This document shows positions 40,292 through 51,800 of a stretch of 64,000 nt of DNA, piece after piece. Position 1 is the stretch's first letter. Every line of letters starts with the position of its first letter. The DNA comes from a virus, in the IMG/VR virus record IMGVR_UViG_3300020156_000005, positions 1 to 64,000 of that record; one strand, written 5' to 3'. A model generated the notes under the pieces. That model worked only from the letters and a program-made list of their open reading frames with translations. It was not told the DNA's origin and made no database searches. Made by a program: the position numbers and the translations under genes.

Positions 40292-42822
40292 TACTGCACC
40301 TCGACGTAGGGGATTTCAAGATCGGCGAATTCCTGGTTGCCGACTCCCGCCATCCGATCCAAGCTGATCTCGCCAATGCTGATCTTCGTATTGTTTCCAA
40401 ACGGGTCGCGCAGCATGACCCATCCTTTGTATGAATCAATACTGTACAACATTGCAAGTTGCTCAGTCGCGGTGCGACCGGCACTTGCTCGAACCTTGCA
40501 GGTCAGACTTCCGTCTCGACCAATGACCGGACCTTGATTAACTCGCATACCTCCGTCGATAACGACATAAGCATTACTCTGCTTCTTGGTGGTGAACTTT
40601 TCAGCTACCACTGAATGCAGCTTAACGTTCCGGCTTTCGTCGTCCGGGTGAACAAGCCAGTAGTTATCCGACTCAATGCGCACCGCAAGTGGGTACTCTT
40701 CGAACTCAGATTCGACCAGCGAACCGAAGCGATAAGCTGCCTGTGTTACCGAGTACTCGAAATGGGCCGAACCGGCAACTGACCAGTCGTGAAACTCCAT
40801 AGTCTCCGGGTCTTCTACCTTGCCGATGTATTCGTACTCGGAAACCGGCTCGGTTACCTTGCGACGATACACCCGGTACTCCGCAAAGAACGGGTCCACT
40901 GTCGCCGCCCACGTGAGGGTGACGTACCCAAGATCATTATACATGGACGCATCCGCGAAGGTTAACGTTCCATCCGGACGGATGAAGTTCGTGCTGAAGT
41001 TGCGAAGTAGAGTAGACTGCAAGCCGTCGCTATCTACAATAGTAAGTGCAATCTGATACCCTGTAAGATTCTTCAGGATCGCACGCGGCGGTAGATGTGT
41101 CGTGTCGGTGCTTGTAATCGTTCCGCTGTCGTACGCCACGTTACCATTGTCGGACTGCTTATAGACAACCCGATAGCTTTCCTGGGTAACGTCCACTCGT
41201 GCGTACTCTACCGACCAGCTTATCTCGGGCTGGCCGGTTACGATCGCTTCACCTTCGGCAGGGAAGGCCAAAGTAATGATGGGCGACACGGACAGGAAGA
41301 ACAGATTTTCATTGATAATCGTTGACTTTACATCGTCAAGATCCCACACCTCGAGGGTGTACTTCATGTTCTCCTGAAGGTGACCGGACGGAAGTATCAT
41401 CTCACCTTTGCTGATACTACTCAGAACCTTGCCTGAGTCGAACAGCAAGTTGTCCGTTAGGTCGTACACTCGCATGCGGTACGCCGTCTGCAAGTCGCCC
41501 GACCACGGATCAGTGAACCTCCATTCGACAAGCTCAGTGTCCTTATCGAACGCAGTATCAAGAGCCGGGTCGGGGTCGGCCACCACAGGGATGTGCGTGA
41601 CATCAAACTCAAAGTTTGACGACCAAGAGCCCACCTGCCCGTAGACATCCTTCGCGCGCACCCGTGCGTACCAGTGACCTTGTGAAAGTCGCTGGTCAGG
41701 GTCTTCGAGGCTAACGGTGCGACCGTTCAGTCCGGGAGCTGTACTTGGGTTAGGAAGCGGATCGTACTGGATATCACCAGCAACAAAGCGACCATCTACC
41801 TGGTTAGACCAGGACACAACTCCCGAACCGTAAGCCGGGTCCTTGGAGAAGTTCCACTCGATACCAACCCGACGATCCCCCGTGGGCTCGGTTTCAAGTC
41901 GAGCCACGCGAACAGCGTAAGGATTAGGCGAGATGGTTCCGGGAGCCGGAGACAAGAGAGTGGGAACTTGCAGTGCAGGATGGACAATGTTGAAACTTGT
42001 CGTCGCACCCCAGGTTGCGCTCTCAACGCCTCGGTAATCACGACCCTTCATCCGCAGGTACCAGGTACCCGGACCCAGATCGGTAAAGGATGCCTGCCCC
42101 TTGATGGACACGTATCCCGACCGCGAGGTGGCGGTCTCAAGGGAGTTCAAACCACCGACAAAGGTGCGCACGTCCGTGGTGAACGTGTTATCGCGAGCAA
42201 CTTGGAACACCGCTCGTACCGGCTGCTCTTCCTGAACGGCCGGTATCTCAGCGCTGAAGTTGACACTCGATGTGGCAATAGTCTCACCATTGGCCGGATA
42301 AGGAGTATCCGGAATCGGTACGTCCTCGTCGGTGACGACAAGAATATACAGCTCCGAGCACACGCACCACCGGTTACTTGTTACCGGGCCAATAGGCCCG
42401 ACAGCGGAACCGGCATCCCCGCCCATCTTGTTTAGATCAGCTACCGCCCAAGCCCCAGTCTGGGACTTGTAGAGAGGCGGACCCATAATCTGACGACCGC
42501 CGTCAATGTAACCGTCTTGCTTGTAAGCGTAGGTCTGAGGAACGCGCTGGTTGTTGATGCGAAGGTAACTCGCAACCCAGCCGTTGAACAGACCAAGGAC
42601 ACCAGTGTTCCGCTGTCGGTGCGCAATCCTTACGGCAATGACCGATCGACCGAATGGGATGAGGCTTTCATTGAAGTTGGGCCACACCCCAATCGAACCG
42701 GAGTCTTCCATGTACTGCTTGTAGGTGCCATCGTTATTATCGCCAAGAATGTTTCCACTCCCGGCGTTAATAACGTCACCATAATCGACCATGGTTGTCG
42801 GCCGATACGCGATCCTTGCCAT
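40291..42822 (-). CDS. minor tail protein (843 aa), probable tail-tip component
   Basis: First ORF after the tape measure gene, starting 2 nt after its stop. Large and beta-rich by composition. Confidence 0.6.
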   Translation of the reverse strand: MARIAYRPTTMVDYGDVINAGSGNILGDNNDGTYKQYMEDSGSIGVWPNFNESLIPFGRSVIAVRIAHRQRNTGVLGLFNGWVASYLRINNQRVPQTYAYKQDGYIDGGRQIMGPPLYKSQTGAWAVADLNKMGGDAGSAVGPIGPVTSNRWCVCSELYILVVTDEDVPIPDTPYPANGETIATSSVNFSAEIPAVQEEQPVRAVFQVARDNTFTTDVRTFVGGLNSLETATSRSGYVSIKGQASFTDLGPGTWYLRMKGRDYRGVESATWGATTSFNIVHPALQVPTLLSPAPGTISPNPYAVRVARLETEPTGDRRVGIEWNFSKDPAYGSGVVSWSNQVDGRFVAGDIQYDPLPNPSTAPGLNGRTVSLEDPDQRLSQGHWYARVRAKDVYGQVGSWSSNFEFDVTHIPVVADPDPALDTAFDKDTELVEWRFTDPWSGDLQTAYRMRVYDLTDNLLFDSGKVLSSISKGEMILPSGHLQENMKYTLEVWDLDDVKSTIINENLFFLSVSPIITLAFPAEGEAIVTGQPEISWSVEYARVDVTQESYRVVYKQSDNGNVAYDSGTITSTDTTHLPPRAILKNLTGYQIALTIVDSDGLQSTLLRNFSTNFIRPDGTLTFADASMYNDLGYVTLTWAATVDPFFAEYRVYRRKVTEPVSEYEYIGKVEDPETMEFHDWSVAGSAHFEYSVTQAAYRFGSLVESEFEEYPLAVRIESDNYWLVHPDDESRNVKLHSVVAEKFTTKKQSNAYVVIDGGMRVNQGPVIGRDGSLTCKVRASAGRTATEQLAMLYSIDSYKGWVMLRDPFGNNTKISIGEISLDRMAGVGNQEFADLEIPYVEVQ

Positions 42823-42823
42823 C

Positions 42824-45800
42824 TTATCCCTCTGCCAAGTTATTCAGGTTCTCGGCGAACTCCTCTGCCTGGTCGCCGCTCGTGATGTTAGGCAGAACAA
42901 TATCACCATAGAAGTTCATTGTCGTGCTTTGGTTCACCGGAGCGTCGATACCCGCACCCTCCCACTGACTTTGATAAACGCCACTCTTAATGTCCGCCTC
43001 ATTCTTCTGAACTGCGGCAACAGCTTCATCAATGCTGGCGTACGAGTAAGTAGCATCCGGGGCAAAGTCCGTGAAGAACTTGATGATAGCCTTGATCAGA
43101 TTGGGAACGATATCCACGATTGCCTTGATGATCAGAGGCAGAATCGTAAAGATCGCCTTGAGTGTCAGAGCAATGATAAGAATCGCGCCCATCGGGTTAC
43201 CGGTAGAGAGCAAGCCAATTGCTGTGGTCCACGCTGCACCATCCTGAACGATAAGGTTCTCAATGGCCGTGCCAACAGTTGCAACGCCCCGCAGAACACC
43301 CGGCAAGACATCCTTGGTGATTGTGTAGAGACCCTTGGCGGCATTAGCTGCATCGTTCGCAGCCTTCTGACGCTTCATCTCTTCAGTCATCTCGACATCG
43401 AAGCCAGCCCACGGAACGTACGTAGCTTCCACGTCGGGCAGCATCTCGACAAGATCGGCCACACCGGTGATGATCGGGGCGATCATACCGAAGGTGACTT
43501 GCTGACCATTCGCAGCAGCAGTCATCGCAGAGCTTACGCTGAGCATGATCTCGCTGAGCTTGCTGACACCCTCGGAAACCTTTTCGGTTACCTTGGCAAC
43601 ATTATCAATCCCCTTCTCGGTCTGCTGAACCGCTGCGGTGGTCTCGTTGATAGCTCCAGTTTGGGAAAGTGTCTCGTCGTAGATGTTCTGCTGCCATCCA
43701 CCCTGAGCTTCGTCAAGTGCAGCCGCAGTCTTCTCGGCCTGCTCCTGGCTCATGGTTTCCACGGGAGTGAACCCGAAGACATCCTTCAGGGCGATGGTTA
43801 CACCCTCGGCAACAACTTCCGGAGTAACCGGGTTGTTCGCCGCCGCGTAGATCGCATTCCAATCTTCATTGGTCAGGATCGCTTCCGGCTTGCCGGTCTT
43901 GTTTATCGCAGTAGTAACGCCGGGCTGAAGCCACCCGCCACTGTCGTAACCGTGACCACGACCCCACTGAGCTTCCGGTCCACCCTTCGTCATTACCCAA
44001 CGAAGACCGGCAGCGATATTCGCCTTCGGGTCCCAGATATCATTCGGATATCCGGGCCACCGGTACGCAGCAAAGGTGGGGTCAATGACCTGCATGAGGC
44101 CCTTGGAAGGTGTACCCTTCTGCCAGTTACTATCCCAATCGTTAAGAGCGAACTGGTTACCGCCGGATTCCGTCTGCATCTGAGCAAGTGTCAGCTCATC
44201 CCAGCGAAGCGGATAGCCAAGATCAGTCAGAACCTGCTGTACAGTCGAGCGCCAAACTTCTACACCCGAACCATGACCACCGAATCCGCCGGAACGTCCA
44301 CGGTTAGCCGTGTCCCATTCGGTAGCTTTACCCTTCAGGAAATCGCCAACAGAAGAGTCATACTTGGCGTAACCCGGCTTGCCGATGTTGGCAAGTGGTG
44401 TACCTCCACCGGCAAGAGCGCCGATGGGGTCCATAACCTCGCGCCACACTTGCATGACACGCGAGACCATGGAAGGTACACCCGCGCCGCCCATGCCGCC
44501 GGACTGGAAGATTCCGCCGATCTCCTTGAGCGTGTAACCGTGCTCGAACTGCGGATGATCGGAACCGGCCGCCGGTCCACCATAAGCCGTGCTGTTGTGC
44601 GCACCACCCGATTCGTAGTTCTTCCCATTAAGCGTGCCCGCCATATGGGAGTTTGGCCCACCGCCGCCATTGTGCACGCCAATGGTTGCCCAGCCATTAA
44701 GGCCACGCTCAAATCCATAGCTTCCGAAGTTGACCTCGGTATCGAATGCACGCTTCCACAAGTTAGGCTGACCGGTCAGCGAGTTCCAGACGGCACTTGC
44801 GATACCGGAGCAGTCAAAGCCGTCCGGACCGGTCCCACCGTAAACGTACTTCTGTCCACGGGCATGCTTGAGCAGCATGGTCTCAGTGTCCAGAACGGCA
44901 CCGGGAACGGTACCACCTTGCTGGAGACCAAGGATGGCGCTCATGCCTTCGGTACTACGACCGCTCATTGCTGCCTGTCGAGCAGACTCTAGCGTATCGT
45001 AACCGATGGACTTCGCCATCTTCCGTGGCAGAACGTACTCGCCACCTTGTCCGGCAAAGAGCGTGCTGTCGCCCATGCCGTAACCGGAAAGCTTCCCGCC
45101 ACGAGTAATGTTCTTCGCAGCAGACGCATTGCGTAGACTGTTCCGATCAACGAGCGCGCCACCGGTTTCAAACTTGGCAACGTACTCTTCGAGCGGAGGC
45201 AGCCCAAGCCACGTATTAACTTTGTTCCAGGCTCCGCGAACCCCTTCGTTATAGACCTTGTTGACGACGAACCGGCTCGGCTCGGCAACACCTTCCTGAA
45301 TGCCAGACCACTGCGTGCCGATGTTCTTCACCGAGTCGGTGAACCAACCTTCGACACCGCCAAGCATCGGCTGGAAGCTGTCGAACATGGGCTGAACTTG
45401 ATCAGTGAAGATCGCGTTCAGGTTGTCCGCCATCATCTGGAATTCGCTAGTGACACCTTCCTTGGTGCCCTGCATCGCGGCAACGCCTTGATCCTTGACC
45501 TGAGTAAGCTGAGTAGTAACTTGCTCGCTCATGCTCGTGGCCATGTTGACCACGTTATCCCGCATCAAGGTAGCGGTCGCAGTGATTCCAGCTTCCATGC
45601 TGTTCATTGTCAGCTTGGAGTTATTAGCCGTCCAAGTGAATAGCGCCTGCGTGTTGGTTCCAAGATTCTGAACCTGAGCCGTCACCGCAGTGTTAAGCGT
45701 AGCGGTGCTCGACTGCATTCCCATGCCAAAGGTGTCCCATGCAAGCTGTGCCTGGATGGTATCCTGCCGAACCTCTTCCGGTACCTCACTGGTAGGCGCA

Positions 45801-48800
45801 GGCACTTTGAGTAGAGCCGGGTCCGTGATGAGCGGAGCCTCAAGCGTGGGCACAGCGACCTGAGTAGACGCCACGACATCGGCCATGGCCTGAGTCGCGC
45901 TCTCCACCTGGGGCAGCATGGAATCCATGCCGACAATAAGGCCCTCGCCAACATTCTTGCCGTAACCAGCGAACACCTTCGAAGGTGACTCGATGCCCAT
46001 TGCCTTCTTGAACGGTTCCTTGATCCACTTGGGAATCTTGTCCAGGAAGAACTCGCCAATCTTCGAGAGCAGGCTTCCAGCTCCATCGAGCAAACCTTGA
46101 ATCAGGTTTACGCCAAAGTCATACAGAGCCCTGCCGCCATCGCCAAGCTTGTCGAGAATTTTGCCGGGGAGTTCCGCCATCCAGTCCATGAAGCCCTGGA
46201 CGTTCTCAGGCATCTTGTCACGCAGCCAGTTCCATGCTGCCTTGGCCCACTCGACGAGTTTGTCTCCAAGGTTGCCCAGCTTCTCGATCATCCAGCCGGG
46301 GAGGTCAATGAAGAACTGGAGAACGTTGCCCAGCATGTTCAGCAGGCCGTCGAGCAAGCCCTGCAACACATCCTTGCCGAGGTCCATCATCTTCCGAGAC
46401 GGCGAATGCATATCGAAGCCGTCTTTAAAGCCGTTGATGAACGGCAAGATGACGTTATCCCACAGCCAAGTGCCGATGCCGACGATAGCCCCGCCGATAC
46501 CCTTGAGGACACCAAGGATGATGTCGCCGCCCATCGTGGCGAGTCTGGCCCAGAATTCACCCGAGGTAACAGCATCCAGCGCAGCCTTAAGACCGTTCCA
46601 GATTGCGCTACCCAGACTCTTCCAGTTCTCCGCCTTGGAAACCCAATCCCAGACGCCAGAGACAGCCGACTTGAAAAGATCAATGAGCCACAGCGTAAGG
46701 TTCCATGCGCCCTTGAGAGCTTCCCAGACGAGCCGTGCAATCGCACCGCCGATGAAGCCTGCAAGGAACGAGATTCCCGAGATGATCTTCTCGTCCAGAT
46801 TCATGAAGAACTCTGGGAACTTGGCCCCCAGTCCCTGCAAGCCGGGCCAGATGTAATCATCCCAGATGCGGGTGAAGAAGTCCTTTACGCCCTTCCAAGC
46901 GTTCTTCAGTGGCGACAGCAGATCGAACTTGCCGAACGCATCTTCAACCTGCTTGATTAGATCATTGGTCTGATCCTCGATGCTCTTAAGATCTTCTTCG
47001 GGCAGACCGAACGAGCCACCGGGGGTTTCGAAGTCTTCAGCTCCACCGCCGAGCGGCAGGTCATTCTTCGCTTCCTCGGCAGCCTGTTCCGCTGCACGAG
47101 CCTCTTCCTCTAGTCGCTGGATTGTGGTGTCGATAGAATCGTTGTACTGATCACGAGCAGCCGTAAGGTCGCCCATGGTCGTTTCGAGCTGATCGTAGGT
47201 CGTCTGGAGCGCATCGAGCTTCTGCTTCTCGACATCGACAGCAGCCTGGGCAGCTTCTCGCTGAGTCTCCACACCCTCGATGGAGCCCTGGTAAGCTTCC
47301 ATCGCCTTCGTGGCACCATCAATCGCCGCTTGCTGTGCATCGACAGCAGCGTTGGCACCTTGAACCATCGTAGACCATACCGCGATCTCGCTCTTTGAGG
47401 AACGAATACCGGCGGTGATCTGATCGAAGGTTAACTCTTCAGTTGTGTCGGCAAGGTCAGCAATCTGCCTTTGCAGTGGATCAAAGGCCAGCGACTTCTC
47501 AAGGTCAAGGCGTTCTGCCTCAAGCTTGAGCCGCTCCAGCTCCTTCTCCATCTGCTGAATGGGACCAAGACTCTCGTCAACGGCCTGTTGTTGCGCCTTC
47601 ATTGCAGCGATCTGGTCGTCGTAGACTCCAAGAATATCGGAGCCCGCACCGCCCATCCGGAGTTCGTTGCGTGTACCAGACAGAGTTTCGATCTCGCCTT
47701 GCAGCTTGGCGAACTTGTCTGTTGCATCCTCAACGGTCTTGGAGTCCATGCCGAGCAGGGCCAGCTGGAGTTTCTTCTGCGCCATTTCGTTGGCGAAGAT
47801 TTGATCTTCCATCGCCTTCATGCCCTTGATGGGCGCGTTGGCGTATTTGCTCAGCCTATCCTCAGCATCAGACAGTCTATCCGCCGCGAAGTCAGCAGCA
47901 TCCTGAAGGGTCTCGAGCGTGTCGTTCATCGCGTCGATGTTCTTCTGGTACTGTTTAAGAGTCTTGTTCATCTGGTCGATGACGGTATCAAAACCCTCTA
48001 CCGCACCTTCTGCCCGATCTACAGCAGCTTGCTGTTCACGAATAGCAGCGTTGGTCCGCTCCATCTGGCGATTCAGATCATCTTCCGCAGCGGTGAGCGC
48101 ATCGTAAGATGCAAGAGCGCCGGGGTCGATGGTAGCAATCTGATCGCGTCGTTCCTGGCGGGCGCGTCCTTCAACATCAAGGTTGAGCCCAGCAGCGGCA
48201 TTGCTGAAGTTGCTGATCGCACCGTAGGCATTCCGCATCGAAGTTTGGATGCTCTTATCTGCATCTGCAAACTGATCGGTAACGATACCGAGACCGTTCG
48301 TAACGTTCTCAACCAGAGAAGGCGAGTGCCGCGCGAACGGGTTGATGTACGAGAATGCCTTGTATACGGCCTGCCCGGCCTTCTGGATTATGCTAACGAC
48401 CGAACGGAAGACTGCAACAACAATCTTCGGTAGCGCCAACAGTGCACGCTTGATAACTTCAACCGCAGCAACGAAAGGCCGCGCCAGAACGGGAACCTTC
48501 TCATCGCCCATGATTGGCGCAACGATGCTCCACAGCTTATCCCAGGCAGCCTTGATTGCGTTCCCGATCTGCTTCGGGAACATTGCAACCAAGGTGATCG
48601 CAGCGGTGATCGCCCAACCGATCGGACCAGTAAAGAGTCCAACCACTCGAGCCGCCATGCCGCTACCCTTAAGTGCACTCGGCAGCATTTTCGGCAGTGC
48701 AGTCTTCAGCCAGGTTCCGGCCTTGGCAAGGTATTTACCAAGACCCGGAATGAAGGCAAACATGCTCAGGATCGAAGCAATGACGCCAGCCTTGCCCGCG

Positions 48801-51800
48801 CGCGAAGCCCCCCTTGCTCCGGCAGCGGCACCACCGGCAGCAGCAGCACCGCCAGCAGCACCAGCGGCAGCCAGCGCAGGTGCACTTGCCCGAACCGTGG
48901 CAATCTGTGCAGCTTGTCCAGCACGAACCGCTGCAAGCTGAGCAGCTTGGCTACGTTGAACGATAGCGAGTTGCTGTCCACTATTAAGAGCCTGAGCCGC
49001 CGCCATGCGCGGTCCACTTGCCTGGATGATCGCAACGAATCCGGTCTGGGTAGCGATAAAGACTCGACCAATATTTCGCTGACCCGCGATCACCGCAGCA
49101 AGCATAAGAGCTTCCGTACGAGCGACCGATGCGACCATAAGTGCGCCGGAGGTGTTGAGGATCGTAACAATCCCGGCACTGCTCACCATATAGGCGCGCG
49201 TGATCGCCGCTTGACCCGTGGTAACTGCTGCGAGTTTCGCAGCCTGGGTAGCAGTAAGTATAGTGACTTGTCCGGTCTGTGACGCCATGAAGACGCCAGT
49301 TTGAGCAGCCTGTCCAGCTTCCAATGCGAGGAGCTGAGAACCTTGACCGGCAGCAAGTGCTCCAGTCTGCGTAGCCTGACCGGCAGTAAGTGCAGCCACC
49401 TGGCTCGACTGTCCCGCCACAAGAGCGGCCGTCTGAGCACTTTGCCCGGCAATCGCCTCTGCGGTCCGGGTGGCCTCGCCAGCGGTGGCAGCAGCCGTCC
49501 GAGCGCTCTGCGATGCCGTGGTGAGCGCGGCCTGTTCCGCCTGTCCGGCTGCCACCGTAGCCGTCTGCGCTGTCTGCGATGCGGCCGTGCTTCCTACGCT
49601 GGCGGCATCGGTAGCTGCCTGAATCCCGAAGAGCCACCGGAACAACTTACCGAGCTTCTGGATGAGTGGCGTACTTGCACGCATCTCCGCATTGGTCCGG
49701 TAAATTCCGGTACGAAGACCCAGGAAGTGGAACAGAACCCGCGAGAGCACCCTGCCGACAACGCCGAACGTCCTGCCGATGGTCGTGGCGAGCAGGATGA
49801 ATCCACCGATGAGTGACGCAACCGGGCCAATCAGCGCAAGAACAACCAGAGCAATGACGATCCACTTCTGAAGAGCGGGATTCAGCTCCGAGAATGCCCG
49901 AGCAAGATTAGCCACACCCTTGGCGAGCCACAGGATATGCGGAATCAAGGGAATGATAACATCGGTCATCGAGTTCTTGAGTACTTGTCCAACCTGCTTG
50001 AACCGCTGCGGATTGGACGACAGGACCGTGTTAAGCTCTCGCTGGTAAACAGCAAAGGTCTTCGCCTCGTTGCTGTTCGCTTCGAGCGCGGTCCGGTAGT
50101 AGCTAAGTTCTCTGGTGTTACGGTTGTAGATATCCGTAAGCAACTGCTCTGCACGGGCAATCTGGAAGATGCCACCGACACGCTTGGCGAACTCGACCTT
50201 GGCTGCGCCTCCGAGTGTACCGTACACGTCAGCGATCTCTTCGAGACGCTCCGTCATGGTCTTCGACTTGAAGGCTGGATTCAGGAACGCATCGCCCATG
50301 AGTCCGGCTTCTTCTGCCAGCTTCCGGAACGCCTCCGCAGCCTTGTCAGTATCCGGGTCAGAGAACCGCGAGATGATCGACTTAAGACCGTTACCAGCTT
50401 TCGCTGCCGAACCGGTGGCGGGCACCAAGGCGGCGATCATCGCAGCAAGGTGGGCCTGGTCGATACCGGCTGCACGAGCGACCGAAGCCGTATTGCTGAA
50501 CGCGGTGATAAGGTCGCCCATGCTGGCGGCGGTCGCATTTTCAACCGCGTTAAGCTGCCAGAGAGTCTTCGCCAGGTCTTGCGTGCTCAGCTTGTACTGA
50601 GCCTGGATGGCGATAAGCGCTTTGGTCGCGTCCTCCTGATTAAGGTCACCGAGAATCATGGCCTCTGCGGTGATCTTTGTCAGGTTGGTAAGCTGTTTAC
50701 CGGTCGCGCCGACAGCGGCCCACGCCGCGCCCATCTCGGTAATCTCAGACTTCGCAATGCCCATTCTCTCGGAAAGGGCATTGAAGAACTTGTCGATAGG
50801 CGAACCCTGGAAGGTGCCACCGATACCACGGATCGCTGCGCTAGCTTCGGCATTGGTGTCGTCATACACCTTGACAAGCTGGGCGGCAGCTTTCTCGTTG
50901 TCCATCTGCCATTTAAAGGCAGCAGCGCCAGCCAGCAGGAGGGGTGCGGTGAAGAACATGCTGATCTGCTTGCCAGCCCACACCGTAGTGGACCCAAGAG
51001 TCCGCATGCGATTCAAGGTGGCAGCAGTGGCAAGTCGAGTTTCAGCAGCGGCACCGGCGGTCTGCGCTACTGTAAGACCTTGCTGAGCTGTGGTTGCGCC
51101 AAGTGTTGCAGCAGTGACGCCTCGTCGAGCCATGACAAGACGCTCTTCGGCTGCGGCAATGGCACTCGCGCTCGCGGTGCCCTTTACTTTAGCTTCGGCA
51201 AGTGCCATCTCTGCCACTGCCACGCGCTGCACTGCAACGACACTCGCGTTACGTGCTGCGTTAAGTCGATTCTCAGCTGCCAGCAGAGTCGAGGATGAAA
51301 CGTTCTTCTTAGCTGCCAACTCTGCAAGTCGCGCCTCTGCAACGGCTACCCTGTTGGCTGCCGCCAGTGCTGCGTTTCGAGCTGCACTAAGTCGAGCGTC
51401 CGCCGCCACCATAGAGCTTGTTGCCTTGGCTCCACGTGCGCGGACTTCGTTAAGCTGAGCTTCAGCGACACGGGCTCGACCCATTGCCGCTGCAAGTTTA
51501 TCTGTCGATGCCCCCATGGAAGCAGTTGCTCCACCGGCACCGCGTAGCGCGTTCTGGTAGGCAAGGGTGCTCTGGGTTGCGGCAGTCGTGGCCGCGCTAC
51601 TTGCGCGCATGGTGGCGGCATTCGGGCCGACCGAACCGGCCGCACCCGCTGCGCCAGCCTTGGCCATCTGGGCATTGATAGCAGCAAGCTCCGCCTTCAG
51701 TTTCGCGATTTCACGTCGCGCCTGGGCAGCGAGGACCCTCACAAGAATGTTATACTGAGAACCGTTAGGGTCCACCGTCACTCCTAGACTTACTAGTCTG

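Noticed and set aside
42791-44992. 733-aa + strand ORF, with other long + ORFs (46097..46960, 47471..48433, 49937..51298), inside the tape measure region
   Set aside because: These are antisense shadows of a long GC-rich gene. Their compositions are Arg/Leu/Ser/Gly-rich and motif-free, they have no RBS, and the - strand frame carries clear TMP, P60 and SLT motifs.
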